A DNA stretch of 64,000 nt from assembly GCA_965247095.1 (NCBI GenBank), contig OZ251997.1, forward strand, positions 3,232,001 to 3,296,000, read 5' to 3'. How positions within the stretch are numbered: the first letter of the stretch is position 1; every line of letters starts with the position of its first letter. The notes beneath the pieces were generated by a model that searched no databases, was not told the DNA's origin, and saw only the letters and a list, made by a program, of their open reading frames with translations. Positions 63,757-64,000 of this stretch are shown here, in pieces. This DNA comes from Candidatus Multivorans sp. (lineage in GTDB: Bacteria; Acidobacteriota; Thermoanaerobaculia; Multivoradales; Multivoraceae). The translations under genes were made by a program, and so were the position numbers.

Positions 63757-64000
63757 ATGAGCATTGCCGCCGTTCTTGAGCGCGTGGACCGGGAGACCGG
63801 CGCCAGCCTTGAGCAGTTGAAGGAGTACCTCCGGATTCCGTCCGTCTCGACGGATCCGGCCTACGCCGGAGAGGTGCGACGCTGCGCGGAATTCGTCCAG
63901 GAGCGGCTGCGGGCCGCCGGGCTGGACACGGAGATCGTCGAGACGGCGGGCCATCCGCTGGTCTACGGCGAGTGGCTTGGCGCTCCCGGGCGGCCCACGG
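63757..64000 (+). CDS. M20-family dipeptidase (5' partial)
   Basis: Manual translation ...LKEYLRIPSVSTDP...CAEFV...L..AGL...ETAGHPLVYGEW.GAPGRPT. Confidence 0.8.
   Translation, partial: MSIAAVLERVDRETGASLEQLKEYLRIPSVSTDPAYAGEVRRCAEFVQERLRAAGLDTEIVETAGHPLVYGEWLGAPGRPT

Overview
High-GC bacterial chromosomal segment spanning the replication origin (parB-parA-rsmG with two perfect parS sites, jag-yidC-yidD-rnpA-rpmH, dnaA-dnaN-gyrB-gyrA). Gene content suggests an Acidobacteria-type organism, possibly host-associated; this is inference only. The window also has central metabolism genes (pgk, tpiA, pyrFDK, mtnA, transaldolase), bacillithiol genes (bshC and an internally deleted bshA), tRNA-Leu, two tRNA-Ser, tmRNA and SRP RNA. 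Accessory content includes a PIN-type TA pair, a repeat-rich Ig-like autotransporter, two TonB-dependent receptors, comEA-pseudopilin and three IS elements (one IS630, two IS1634), all inserted at YTAG sites. Five observations stand out. (1) Six tandem tRNA-Ser-derived 87-88 nt units sit between tRNA-Ser(CGA) and rpmH-rnpA. (2) A two-hairpin dispersed element with compensatory base changes is inserted in frame in gyrA and also forms the 3' end of another gene. (3) A structured, possibly switchable RNA leader lies behind a sigma54/IHF-type promoter upstream of comEA. (4) A second dispersed hairpin family brackets an aminotransferase gene. (5) An IS1634 has replaced the C-terminal tail of bactofilin. 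Start codons were chosen by eye and no database searches were run.
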